The notes below the pieces were generated by a model. The model was given only the letters and a program-made list of their open reading frames with translations, was not told the origin of the DNA and did no database searches. From assembly GCA_965235115.1 (NCBI GenBank), contig OZ249436.1, forward strand, positions 15,254,001 through 15,318,000: 64,000 nt of DNA, in the 5' to 3' direction. The stretch is from Laetmonice hystrix (lineage: Eukaryota). Position numbers and translations under genes: made by a program. Below, piece after piece: positions 39,516-52,200 of this stretch (the stretch's first letter is position 1; every line of letters begins with the position of its first letter).

Positions 39516-41675
39516 TGATGAATATGAAGCTAAAAAGACTGAGAATGAAGCCATCATCATGCACAGCCGGTCATGTGATTGACGGATTGGATATTGAATG
39601 CGCTATTACGAATGACCACTGCACTTTTTCACCTGGACTCCATTGAGCCGATTGATTCAGCATGACTTCTGTGGCTTTTTTTTTTTTTTCATTTTTTTCT
39701 TTTTTTAAACTAACCATATTAGTCTTGGCCAGTCCGTGCAAGGAAAGAGTTTACTGAGGCAGAGATGTACTTGGAAGGAAGCTGATCAGAGTCCAACATG
39801 TCTTGGATATTCGTAATGCGGTCATTCTGTCTAATGCCTGTGGTTTTTTTTGGGAGGGGGGAGAGAAGGGGATACTGGTTTTGCGCCCATGCTATCCAGA
39901 AGAAGGGAGTCGCAAATCGGAAAATGCAGCCTAGTACCTTGGTGCAAGTCCTTGAAACCCTTCAATGGGTACATCCATGCGTGCTGCAATGCACCAACAA
40001 CCTGTCAATAGTCTTGATGTGTCTGAAGGTTAGAAGTTTTGATATTGTCATCAGTCTTTTTGCTATGTATACTTGTTTTGGTTTGTTGCACACAATTTGG
40101 CACAATGGCTGCATTTTGAGGAGAGAGGAATGAAATATGGGGAATTAAGTCCATCAGTATGAGTATTGTCACCTTAAATTGTAGATGTTCCTTTGCATCA
40201 TGCAACATTCACATCATTTCTACTGTGGGTATAATTAATAATGTAAAAGTTGGCTCAACCTTCAGTGGATTATACTAAAAGGGTGACTGACAGTGAGAAC
40301 CAGAGAAGTACCTGAATTAAGTTATTTTGCAATTGGCGACTGTGTTTGCAGAGAGGATATGGACAACTGCACTCTATATTCAAGGTAGTACCCTCGCTCA
40401 TACCAGGTCACCTGACTCTTATTGTGCTGAGAGCTTCGCCATTGAGTGACTAAGACACCTGTTCTTGGAAGCCAGGAAGTGCAGTGCTAAAAAAAGAAGC
40501 TACACAGAATGGGCAGGGATTATTTCAATGAAAAGTGTGTTTAAAAAATGTCGACGCGTACCCTAGGTATCCAGATACACTTCCTTCTGTCTATATTTAG
40601 ATGTACATAAACTCTGTACATGTACTGACCAGTAACGTTTCATCCTGTCAGGCTACCAATACAATAGCTGTCTTCAGTTAATAGTTATTTTGATGAACAA
40701 TTTTTAAAATTTTCGCACCAGTAAATTCATTGGTCATTTGATAAGAATGCCAAGTGACCAGTTTGCTTGATCGACTTAGTTCAGAGTACTGTTCTTCACC
40801 AGGTAAATCGTAAGGCCTGCGTGGTGGTTGTACATTTATTCAAGTACATGACGAATTATGAATTACTGGTCGATATTTAAGCGTTTTGGCCACGTGCGGT
40901 CAGACAGAACAGTGCCCTTGGATCACAAACTGCTTGCTTGGCACATGGTGGTAGCAGTCCGACAGATTCTGACTTACGAAATAAAGCCAAGATACTATTA
41001 CTGAAAAGGAATTGGAATGATCTCTCAGTTCCCACATGCATTCATGAAAGTCGCCAGGCGCTTTAAATAGACTACTGTAGTTTGTCAAATCTATACGGTA
41101 TGCCAAAAATGACCTAGATAGGGTATCATTTCAATTTGCGTCCCTTCATTCCCCCTTCCCGATAAAGTGGCTGGCTGTACAGTGTTTTGAAGCAGTCCCT
41201 CCCCAGTATCTGCCTGGTTTTCCTTGCTGCATGTGGTGAACACAAACAAAAGCACTAACGGAGCGCGGCGCGGGGGAATGATTGTGCCACGAACAAGCAA
41301 AACATGAACCCCATACTTGTCATCTGCAACACTAGCTGCTCATCATTGTATGTTACCCTTTCCTACCATGAAATAGACATTTGTTATCATCAACTAAATG
41401 TTGTTATTGTTGTTTATTTTAAGCGGGAATTTATTCTGATAGAAACATTATTAAAGTGAGAGGGGATTTCTTTGCTATCATGCCATTATAGTTTGGTAGT
41501 TTCACCGTGTACGTATTAGCAACCCTTTCCATGTCAAACCTCAGCCGAGTCGGTCGCGAACGAGTAGTGAAAAGCCAGTCCCGTCCCATGTAGCCATAGG
41601 TGCGGTCTAAAGGGGTCTCGTGTTATCTGCCATAACTCCCAGCCGAGTGGCACTGCTACCGCCCCCTTAGTGTAA

Positions 41676-42687
41676 TGCCTAGTTCTCACTTTCACGGTTC
41701 GGTGTGCCGGAAGGCCACGGTTTATATCCGTGATTATCCGTGGGAAATCCGTTCTGCACCCGCAGACATGACCGTGGTTGGCCGGGATAAACCCTCGCGC
41801 TTCCGTAACGCCTTTTTTTCCGTGGCTCGATTTTCAACATGTTTGAAAATTTCAATTATTCCGTCACCATCCGTAAGTGACCGTAGCACAACCGTAGACA
41901 CCGGGACAAAACCGTAGCAGAACCCTGACCCATCCGGTGTCGCGGTCTGTTTTCTCCGCCGGTCTGTAATCTCCGGGTGCATGGTTTCCTATTGTTTAGA
42001 GGGCGAAACTGACTAAGTGAGCACGCGCGTGTCGCTGTTCAGGCTCACACCTCCGGTCGTCTGCTAGCTGATGGGCGGTGAAGTTTTCTTCCAAATAGTA
42101 ATCAACGACAGCCCGGATAGGCAAATTGCCGACCAATACTGACGGCGGAGTAAACAGTTATTACGTGAGACTCAATCTAGACCTGATATTTCGGATAGTT
42201 TACCGAGAACGATACAAATACACACGACTCTGCAGCCAACCTCCCGGAGATTTCAGACCGCGGAGAAAACAGACCGCGACACCGGCATTAACCGTGGTCC
42301 AAAATGGGGTCACGAAGACACCGGAGAGCCAACGGGTATGCTACGGGAGGGTTACGTATGTGCCACATAGAGACTGTTGCAGGACCGTAGCATGTCCGCA
42401 ACACTGTAGCATGTCCGTGTGTCAGCGTAGGACACCCGTTGCTTGTCCGTAGTGCTTCCGGTGGTGCCGTACCATGACCGTAGGAACTTCGTCACGTACC
42501 CGTACTAATCCTTGGCGACGCCTTGGTATTTCCTTAGCACACCCTTATCCCTTCCTGAGATCTTTCGTCAGCGCCGTAGCCATACCCTAGTACATTTTGT
42601 ACCGTGGCCAAATCATGCCGGTTTTATCACGGTTCGAGAGCGTAGCAATCCGGGGTCGGAACCGTGAAAGTGAGAACTATATAGGCA
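41676..42687. mobile_element. PIF/Harbinger-like non-autonomous element carrying a nested Ginger1-like MITE
   Basis: TIR TGCCTAGTTCTCACTTTCACGGTTC (right copy has a +4 TATA insertion), TAA TSD at 41673-75 and 42688-90; many CCGT motifs. Confidence 0.8.
41938..42281. mobile_element. Non-autonomous Ginger1-like DNA transposon (copy 2, inverted relative to copy 1)
   Basis: Near-identical reverse complement of 26001-26340; CCGG TSD at 41934-37 and 42282-85. Confidence 0.8.
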
Positions 42688-43612
42688 TAAGGTTCACACC
42701 TTTTCCCCATTTACATGTATTCTGCAGGAGTGTATAGTTGTTTCTTGGGCACCGAATACAGACTCGATCCATGCATCGTGTAACTGAGTGAGGAAAGTAT
42801 TGCCTTTCTGCACCATTGCGAGGCCAAAATGGAGGATTGCTCTGCTTGGCGGCCGTATGCGCTCTACTGAGCGCCCTCTAAACAGTTATATCCTGTGATG
42901 GTAACCCCTGCTCCTGTAGCAGGTAGGCCTACCTCCTCAACTTGGGAATATAGGACATCATAGTGTACGTGTATAAGGCCAGCTTTCCATGTACGTGTTG
43001 GACTCGCCCTGTATAGTTAGATGGCGACCCGCGCGGCGACCCGGGTAGGCCTAGGCCTACATGGAAAGGCACCCTAAAACTTGTTTCATTTTGGCTTCAT
43101 TGAAGCAATCAATCTGATGAGCAAGAAAGCTGTGGAATCGCTTCAGTGCCAACCACTGTAACTAAAGTCCGTTGTCAAGCACGGCGGCCATACTGGAAAA
43201 CGGTCGGTGACGTGTCGGGTTCCACTCTGGCACTTGACTCGTGGCCAGGAGGGCCGAATTTCTCCAGCCCTATCTTGGCCACGTGGCCTTAGGCTATAGT
43301 GCCTTACTTCACCTTCTACGCTGACAGAAAAGGAAAGAAGGTATATTCACTGACACGGAATACGTAGGCCTATATAGGCCTAAGCAAAACATGTACAAGT
43401 CATCACTCGTTTATGCATAGGCCTAGTCCTAATTATTAATAGGCTATATAGGCTACGCGGGAACCCTCCTGCAAGTATATAGGCCCAGGGTTACGTGGAC
43501 TACGCATCGATAGGCTTAACCCAGGCATAACAGGCAATTCACGCCAAATACACCAGATATAAGAGGCAGCGTATCAGATTCATAGCGGTGTAGATCTACA
43601 CTATCGTCCTAC

Positions 43613-46193
43613 ATGAATATGATCGGGTGGGACTGGTTCAAGGACATGTTGGGCTACCTTGGTAAGTTTTCTTTATATATCGTCAAGGAACCAGCACAGG
43701 AAGATTCCGACGAGTCTTGAGCAGTGTTGGTTTTCTGTTGACAGTGTTGTAAATTCGAAATATCTTCAGGCACAGATCTAGATCTATGATTTCTTGTATT
43801 AATGTAGGTCTAAGTAGGCTAAATGGTAGGCCTATAGTTTGCGTGCATGTGTTTTAATATCGCGATTTTCGCCCCCCTCCAAACAAACAAACAAACAAAC
43901 AAACAAACAAAACACAATACGTGAAATTAAGAAACGCCAAACTTAAAGTCGTGAAAATAAAGTCGCTTTGTCAGAGATGGAATGCATGCTGCCCTCTGGT
44001 GGAAGGATGAGTAGCTATACGGCAATGACTGGCATTTAGGCCTAATACATTTTTTTCACTTATTACCACCGGCGCCATTGTGAGTTTAAGAAAAGCGAAT
44101 TCAAACCAAAATGGGGGAAACCCACTGATTTTTGTAGGCCTATGCAGCCTAGGACCAAGTTAATAGGTAGGCCTACGAAAACCAGTGCATGAGATGCAAC
44201 TGGAACTGGATTTAGGAAATTGAGACACCAGTGGGAAGAGGTTTTGGCCTCTCAGATACACTTGACAACTTAGGCTATATCTATAGTATTTTCTCACAAA
44301 ATGATGATATGTTAGGATTTGTTTTTTTCTGAGATGCCATATAGGCCTACTTGTTGTTGCAAACAGTAGGCCTATTTCGTTGATGTGTTGCCTTTACTGA
44401 AGACACAAGAAGACCTGCATTTTCTTTTGCATTGGCGTGGATCATCTTTACTTCTTTCAGTTCCCTTCTTCAAAAAGAAAAAAGCCACACTTCTGTTGCT
44501 TGGCCTGGATCACGCCGGCAAAACTACTTTGTTAGGTCGACTAAAAAATGACCGACTTATTCAAGCAATGCCGACCTTGATGCCGTGTAAGTCGTTCTAC
44601 ATCAATGATAAATGTTGCTGATATACAGAAGGAAAAACACAACATATATTTTAATGCCATAGATAGTATTTCTACGAGGTTAGCCTGGTTTAGATCTATA
44701 GCTATTGGCCTTCTCTCCACAGCGTCGGAATCCCTGACGTGCGGCAATATATCTTTCACCACCTACGATCTTGGCGGACACAGACAAGGTAAGATGGCGC
44801 TATGGACCAAGGTGACTTCTGCTAGCATGGGCGGGTCCAAGATTTTTAAAAGGGCGCCGGGGTCCAAGAGGGAACGCTGAAAATAATACGGGGGCGGCAT
44901 TGGACCTCTTTATCACGAAGAAATCTGACCAGCTCCCCCCCCTTCTGATGGGAGGAAGTGTCATTCGCCAACAATTGCTTTATATAGGCTTATAGGTGTA
45001 AGGAAACTGACAGACTATTCACTGTTTAGTCCGGCGAGTTTGGAAGACATACCTCCCCGCTGCTGATGGAATTCTCTTCATACTAGATGGCGCTGATAGG
45101 GAACGCTTCGACGAGGCCAAAGCCGAACTTGACGTAAGTAGGCCAAGGCCTGCATACATGTAGGTCTACTGATTTGTAGGATCGAGTCTCTCGTATTGTA
45201 GACGTTTGAGATACGTAATATAAAATAGGGTACAACACAATACACGTACACATGTAGGTAATGATAATAATTAAGCCTATAAGTGGACCTGTTGAAGGAA
45301 ACAAGGTAGACCTCACATCATTTTGTGCATTCCGAATAGAAAGTAGGCCTAGACAAGAATATTACTATAAAACCTAATCATTTATCATTATTTACAGCAC
45401 CTGCTTTGTGACGATGAAATATCTCATATACCAGTCGCAGTCCTGGTGAATAAAATAGATATTTCTGGGGCCGCGAACGACAAGGAGATTTCCCAATATT
45501 TTGGGCTAGCTAGGTCCACCTGTGGCAAGGTAGGGAACATATGGCCGTAGAGGCCTGATTGATTGTTTTGGAGGACATTAGGTGGTGATACCTGGTTCAA
45601 GATTTGTTTATTTCTTTCCAACATACAAGTTACCAGTAAAAAATAGGGATGAAAAAGTTCATACATGCATGAGAACTTCATGTATCATTTAGTTACTGAC
45701 ATTTAATGATTATGTCTTCAAGCGACAGTCTCGTCCTTGTCTCGTCCAGTGCGATAGGCTGGCCATCCTAACTGTCGATGTGCTATTTATAGACGTCAGT
45801 TCCTATGCTACAGCATAGGATGGTCGTAGCTATCAAATAGGCCACTAGGTGGCTGCGAGCATGGTCTAACGGACGAGACTGTTGCTTTAATAATCTCTAG
45901 CAGTGACGGTCACAAAATTATAAGCTTAGGCTAATAAACCTAAATGATACAGGCCGTACATGGAGTCGTCGACATGAAATCTTTATAGGCTTAAATAACA
46001 AATAAGATCCCGGAAGTTCATTGCTTTTTCCGTTAGTTTTACTGTCTAAATTATTCATGAAGGTGTTCTTTTCATACAGGATGACTGCAGCACTCAAGAA
46101 GAGGGAAAGCGGGCACTAGAATTATTCAACTGCAGCCTCGTGATGCGCCAAGGATATGGAAGTGCCCTAAAGTGGCTGGCCCAACGTATATAG
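43613..46193 (+). CDS. Divergent Sar1-like small GTPase, 196 aa
   Basis: Exons 43613-43661 ([16 protein letters not shown]), 44461-44586 (GLDHAGKTT), 44723-44788 (DLGGHRQ), 45030-45133, 45398-45529 (NKID), 46080-46193 ([20 protein letters not shown]); 591 nt, intact frame, same intron positions as SAR1. Confidence 0.92.
45717..45890. mobile_element. Short MITE in the last intron of the Sar1-like gene
   Basis: Imperfect TIR AAGCGACAGTCTCGTCC / GGACGAGACTGTTGCTT, TTAA at the right end. Confidence 0.55.
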
Positions 46194-49100
46194 ACAAATC
46201 CAGACAAGCCAAGCACTATTTACGTACGTTAGCATATTACGAAGACAAACATTACTCTCGTCAAGGCAGGACATTCGGCGATCGCGTGTTTATATAGACT
46301 GTCTACATGTACTTGCAATAAACGTGTGGTAGTTTACTACAGGGCATTTACAAAAATGTATGTACATGCACATGATGTCGTTCACAAAAAACATTTTCTT
46401 GATAAATTACAGTCTGTATATAAATCAGTCAATACATTGAAAAGTCATAGCTAATTGTATGCAGCTGATGATCACAGGCCCTCTCTATGAGATAAACAGA
46501 ATATTCAGTTATCTACATGATATACGGTGCACAATTAGTCCATTCATTAAAATCATGTCATCACCTACCTATCAAAATAGACATTGGTAGAGAAATGTTG
46601 ATCAAACCCCCGACTGGCATCTATCGGAAATAAAATATTGATCGGCTCTCCTCCAGAGCCGCATATAGGCAGCGGTACATGCTAAAATACTGGTTCCCCC
46701 TCCTATCGCCAGCTATAGGAACTTTGCCATTCGGTCGATAGTATGCCCTCAAACTGCACCAGAGCCCCCTACTGGCATCTATCGGAATTATAACGACCTG
46801 CTCCAGAGTCACCTACTGCCACCTATTGGAACTATATCAATGTCGTGTTAAAAAAAATCTTTGATAATTATATTCTCCAAAGAGCCACCTACTGGCAAGA
46901 TGTGGATATAATAACAATAATAAGCTATAACCATTGATACAAAGTCTACCAAAGCTCCAAGTGATTTCCGACCGATTTTGATTAGCCTTAATGGCAGTTA
47001 TACATTCGATGGTTAGGGACATCCAACCTGGTCTCACTTTACCCTCTTAGTGTAACAGATGGAATAGCATTTGTAACTAACAAGCTGGAGAGGCAAGACT
47101 GTATGAGAGCGTACAAATTAGGTAATGACCACAGAAAACGACAAACAAAAATACATGCATTGAATAAGAATTTAATTCATACCCTCATTTCGGAAAAATT
47201 ACAATAAACTGGGAGAGTGAAGACATTCCCCGTTGAAATCGACATATGGTAATTATAATTTACAAGGTGAACATTTCCCTCCCTTCAAGTCGGTTACGCG
47301 CCCAAGTGGTGTTCAAGATACCGTTATACTGAGCAATTGACAGGAGAAGAAAAAAAACCCATGATTTCCTACGATTACTGGCATACAAACTTATTTTGCC
47401 TGCACAGAGATTGCACAAATGTTTATTTCCGGTTCCAGGTAGCGCCCGTACTAAAACAGCGTGAAACTGTTAACCTAAAAGTTCCTCACAAATTTTACTT
47501 TAAAAAGGAGGCAATGATCTACGAGAATTTACACTCTTTGAAAATAACACCGTGTGGGACTACCATTAGAGGAAACTGCACAACAAGCACTGAGAAAAGT
47601 TGTTGTTTCATAGCCGTTTCTGCTAGGCCTGATCAGATTCCCATATTGTATCTTCAGCAATGAAGTAGCATTTGAGATGTATGATGCTCACGCCAGATTA
47701 TATGGGTAAATTATAAGGCTAATTCAAAAACAAAGGGTTAGTATCCAAACACTGAACTTTCCAGAGAATCTTCTCCCACAAGCCACTAAAAGCGAGTCAC
47801 CTCATGACTGAATAGGTTCATAGCTTCAACAGGTGATACAAACTCTAATTTGGCAATACCAAAACCAATCTGGGACCACTGAAAGTGAACTTGAAGGTAC
47901 AAAAATTACATTAACACTTTTCCTATACTGAGAGTCAGAAATCTTTAAGATCATAGTAGATGTTGTCAAAGAACGTCAATACTCTTGATGTTGTATGGCA
48001 CTGGAACAACCCTTTCTTTCTGGATTACCTGTTCAAAAACAACCTGCAATGAGACCCACTGTCACCAACAAAACAAAAACACAAGGATTGATGGTGTTAA
48101 TTTACTTTTTCTTCGCTTACAAATTCCATATCATACATCAATTAATAATACATAATGTTGTTCATTCTTTAAAGCAGGACTAAAACAGAGTCGACGGGCA
48201 AAATCAGAAAATAACGTTTTATTGGGTTGGTCCTAGTTTCTGCTCATTTTATGTTGACATGACACATTTGTTTAGTGATAGCTATTTAAGAGGCTGGTGT
48301 ACAAAGCTGACCCAGACGTGATTGGTTTAAAATCACAGTTTGAAAAGGAAATGTAATAGTATAAAATGATGCAGAAACCCAGCACCTCGGTCGTCAGTGA
48401 AATACCTCTCACATCTGTAAAAGCTGGATAACTAAAAGTTCAGGTTAACTAAGTTTTCTATTGAAAAATGTTCACAACCATTTCTGGTAGTCCAAATACC
48501 CAGAAATCGTTTATTCTATCCATGTGGAACAAGACAAAATACTGACATACACAGACCACTACATGCATAAAGCTTGAATGGATTGGTGACTGCAATTTAC
48601 AAGTTCGATATGAAGAGACTGAGACTTTTCACTATATCGTACAAGATTCTAACCAAGATATCACTCTGTGGGAATCTCCGTGATGATTTTCTCTGGACTT
48701 GCTCCAGTTTTCTTGTAGTAGATCACATGTCCACTTACTGCCGCTATTTCAATCACATGTCACTGTGTGAATGTTGTATTCACTGCTGTGTTAATTCACG
48801 ATTGCCATTCCTGTTCACATCCAATTAATATCAAGTGTCAGTTTGGACAAAAATCATACTTTTGTTTTTTCCTACCTGTCCACGAGGGTGACCTATGTTT
48901 TCTAAGACTTTGTGTCAGGATCTGGGGTATCTCCTAACAGCAGTAATATAATGATAGGATTTACTGATGCTTCCCATGGGTCAGGTCTGTGTTGGTTGTA
49001 ACATTGGTTCATTGCGAGAATGTGCACCTGCTGCACAAAGGTTTTCCCTCCCCCTGGTCTTGACGAAGAGTGGCGAGAACATGGCGATGGTCAAAAAGGT

Positions 49101-49296
49101 GACGCACCCCCTGCTTCTCTTCAACCTAGTAGTAGTTCCTGCCCAGCGACAGAATACCGAGCTTTCTCCTTGAGGGATGTTTTGATGGGTTCACACACGT
49201 AATGTGGATGATGACGAGTTGATGATTATGTTGATGATAATGCAGGTTGTTACTTTAGTATATTCGGTATGGCTCATCCTATTTTGGTCTCTACAA

Positions 49297-52200
49297 TCAA
49301 TTAATGTACTGGGCTAGCCAGCGGAAGCCCTCACCATAGCCTTGCCTTTTGAGTACACTGCACATGAACAGTTCCATTGGACGACCATGCAATTCACTAC
49401 GTGGTACAACTCCCTGAAAACAAGCAAATTTCAAGTGTTAAAGAACTGCAAATGAATAGAGCTCAATGCAGCAAAAGGTTTTGGTTCAATCCCAGTAAAA
49501 CTTGGACTAGTGTACACCAATATAATTGCAACACTATAATTGTTCACATTACCGGGGTATGTATCATTATTCATGCAAGTCGGTGTCAGAAAGAGAACAG
49601 AAAATAAGTCCACAAAATGAAGGGGAAAAGTCATCCTGGAATATACTTTACAGATGAAAATAGACTGATATGATTGATAGAACTTGTGTTCAAAAAACAA
49701 CCAATGCATACCTTTCCTGTGGTTTGTCCATGGAGACCAAACATGTGTCTTAGTTCGTCTTCACTCGCTGCTCCTGCTGCATCAATCTTGTTACCAAGAA
49801 CAAGGACTGGTGCACTTGATATCTGCTCATCTGTCAGTAAACTCTGCAGATAGAAGAAAATAGCCATCCATATACTTGTTTATTTAAATTTCTATAATTA
49901 TGCTTGCATGGGAAAGACAAAGATCATGAGTGTCAATTTCTTTAATAGAAACCCTCATCCCTGAGTCACCAGAACTTGTCTATCACTATCAGAGTCAAAC
50001 ATGAGAATGAATGTGCTTCAAAAAGGCATCTCACCTGCCATTGATTGGTTTCAAGGTTAAAAAAAAGTGAAATTCCACCAGTCAGTGGAAAACTCTCAAG
50101 CCTGCAGAGTCCACTTATAACAGGACTGTTTTACATTACAGAGGCTTCTTTGATGTATGATAATTCTTAAAAATCTTAACTTACATCGAGCTCTGCCTTG
50201 GCTTCCACAAATCTTTCACGATCAAATGCATCAACAAGGAACACAATACCATCTACTGCTGGAAAATAGTCTTTCCATACTCTGCGAGCTGCAATTATAC
50301 GTGAAACAATATCAGCTTCTAATGAATCCATGAATAAACCTATTATACTGTGTATCCTACAAATTGTCAATTATCAAAAGGCTGCATCAAGACACAGACT
50401 GCCATAATGCATAGCAATACCATCATTATGGAACATTACCACTAGACTTGTCCGCATGGTGTTTTGGCAAAACCAAATGTTCTACACGTACTCTGGTTTG
50501 GGAATGGGTTTTATGAGGGATACATTATGGTCCTACAAAGACACCTCAAATCATGGCACTCTAGTCACACTCTATCTCATGTGATTATACTTATAGGTTA
50601 TTTTTTTTTAGCCTGGACTACCCCTTTTATAAACAAAAGTTAAAGGTTTTATCCGTCAAAAGTTTACTCATTTTTGAGAAATGATCTCTGAAACTAGGAG
50701 CTTCTAAGAAATCTGTCTAGTTGTTAACTTCGAAAAAAAACAACAACCTAAGTTGTGTTCATCTCTGGTTCCTATACTAAAGCAAAACTTCTACTCCTTC
50801 CTACCTTGCTGATGACCACCAAGATCAAATGTTGTGAATCGCATCCCTCCCATAGACAACTCCTCTGAGGCTGTAAGGGGAAACGCACTGCTACAGGTAT
50901 CAAGTACACAGTGAAAGGGCTTTTCTCTTAACATGAACTGTAAATAATACCGGTATTAGGCCATCCCAACGTTTCAGGTAGGGACATTTGAACAATTTGA
51001 GCATCTGTCATTTCACTAAAGTTACCACTGAGGTTCATGACAATATCTTGAAATATATCTATGGTGAACACCAATTTTCAGTTCACCTTACTACATGTGT
51101 ACAGTTGATATAGTTTGGCAAGTTTTTCCAGTATAAAGATAAACAAAATAATGTATAAAGTATACTGATCAGGACTAACAAATGTTAGCAACACAAAAGT
51201 ATTATAGGCTCCAAGATCATAGCAAATTTAATGGAAAGCATCTTGTTAACTTAGTACAAATACTACAGGGAGTAAGGCGTGCAGATTAATTGGCTAGTTT
51301 TTAACTATACAATGCTCATACATGTACAAATTCAAATCTGATCCAGGTTATGAAAATTATTAGAACTTCATGTTACTGATCCAGTTATAAATCTGCCAAT
51401 TGTTCTCGTTTTCTGCTCTAGCTAGTGGCATTTCTATAAATTTGAAAGTCTAATGAAAGAAATTTATTTTTACATTTGAAATAAAAATTTTAAAAATTGC
51501 CATTGGCCACAACATTAAATAAATATCTCTACAGTGCTATCTTCTAAAACACAGATTCCTGGTAGAGGTTGGCGTCAGCCCAAGCCTTACTTGGATGCAG
51601 TGTTGGGACATGTTGTGCCATTCGATCATCCTTTAACATGTGAAGGAGCGTTGTTTTGCCAGCATTGTCCAGGCCTAGGAAAACTAGCTTGCCAGATTTT
51701 TTGTAGAGGCCTGCAGCAACAAGCACATGCAAAACAACACACATCACAATAGGTACCATGCCATCAGAAGTCTGGCCATTCATAGCTCCAGCTATGTACA
51801 CTTGTCTTATTCTATTTTGATAAGATCTCTAACATGATTTTAACAAATCTCTAGCTAAATGGACTTGGCAGGATTCTCAGAGATTGTTCCAATTGATTGA
51901 TTTTCCATGCCACAATCCAGTTTCCCAGAACCTTTCAAGTTCACAACTTTTTCCTGGACATTGCCTCCAAGCGTCTATAGATCTAAAAAGGAGACTGCCA
52001 AAGGTTCTTTCCACTCTTCAAAATCTGGTAATCACTTGAGAGTATACTGCAGACAACCTGCCCCTTCTTTAACACTTTAACCCTTTCACTATTTGACAAC
52101 AATTTTATAACTTTAATGGGTGGGTCAAAGTACACAGGTGTGTACATGAATGGTAAATTTTCCCAGAGTATGACCATGAGACATCATGTATGCATTCTTT

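Noticed and set aside
46610..46900. Degenerate short direct repeats between the convergent Sar1 genes
   Set aside because: Two to three imperfect units with no TIR/TSD or clear structure; likely an old repeat remnant.
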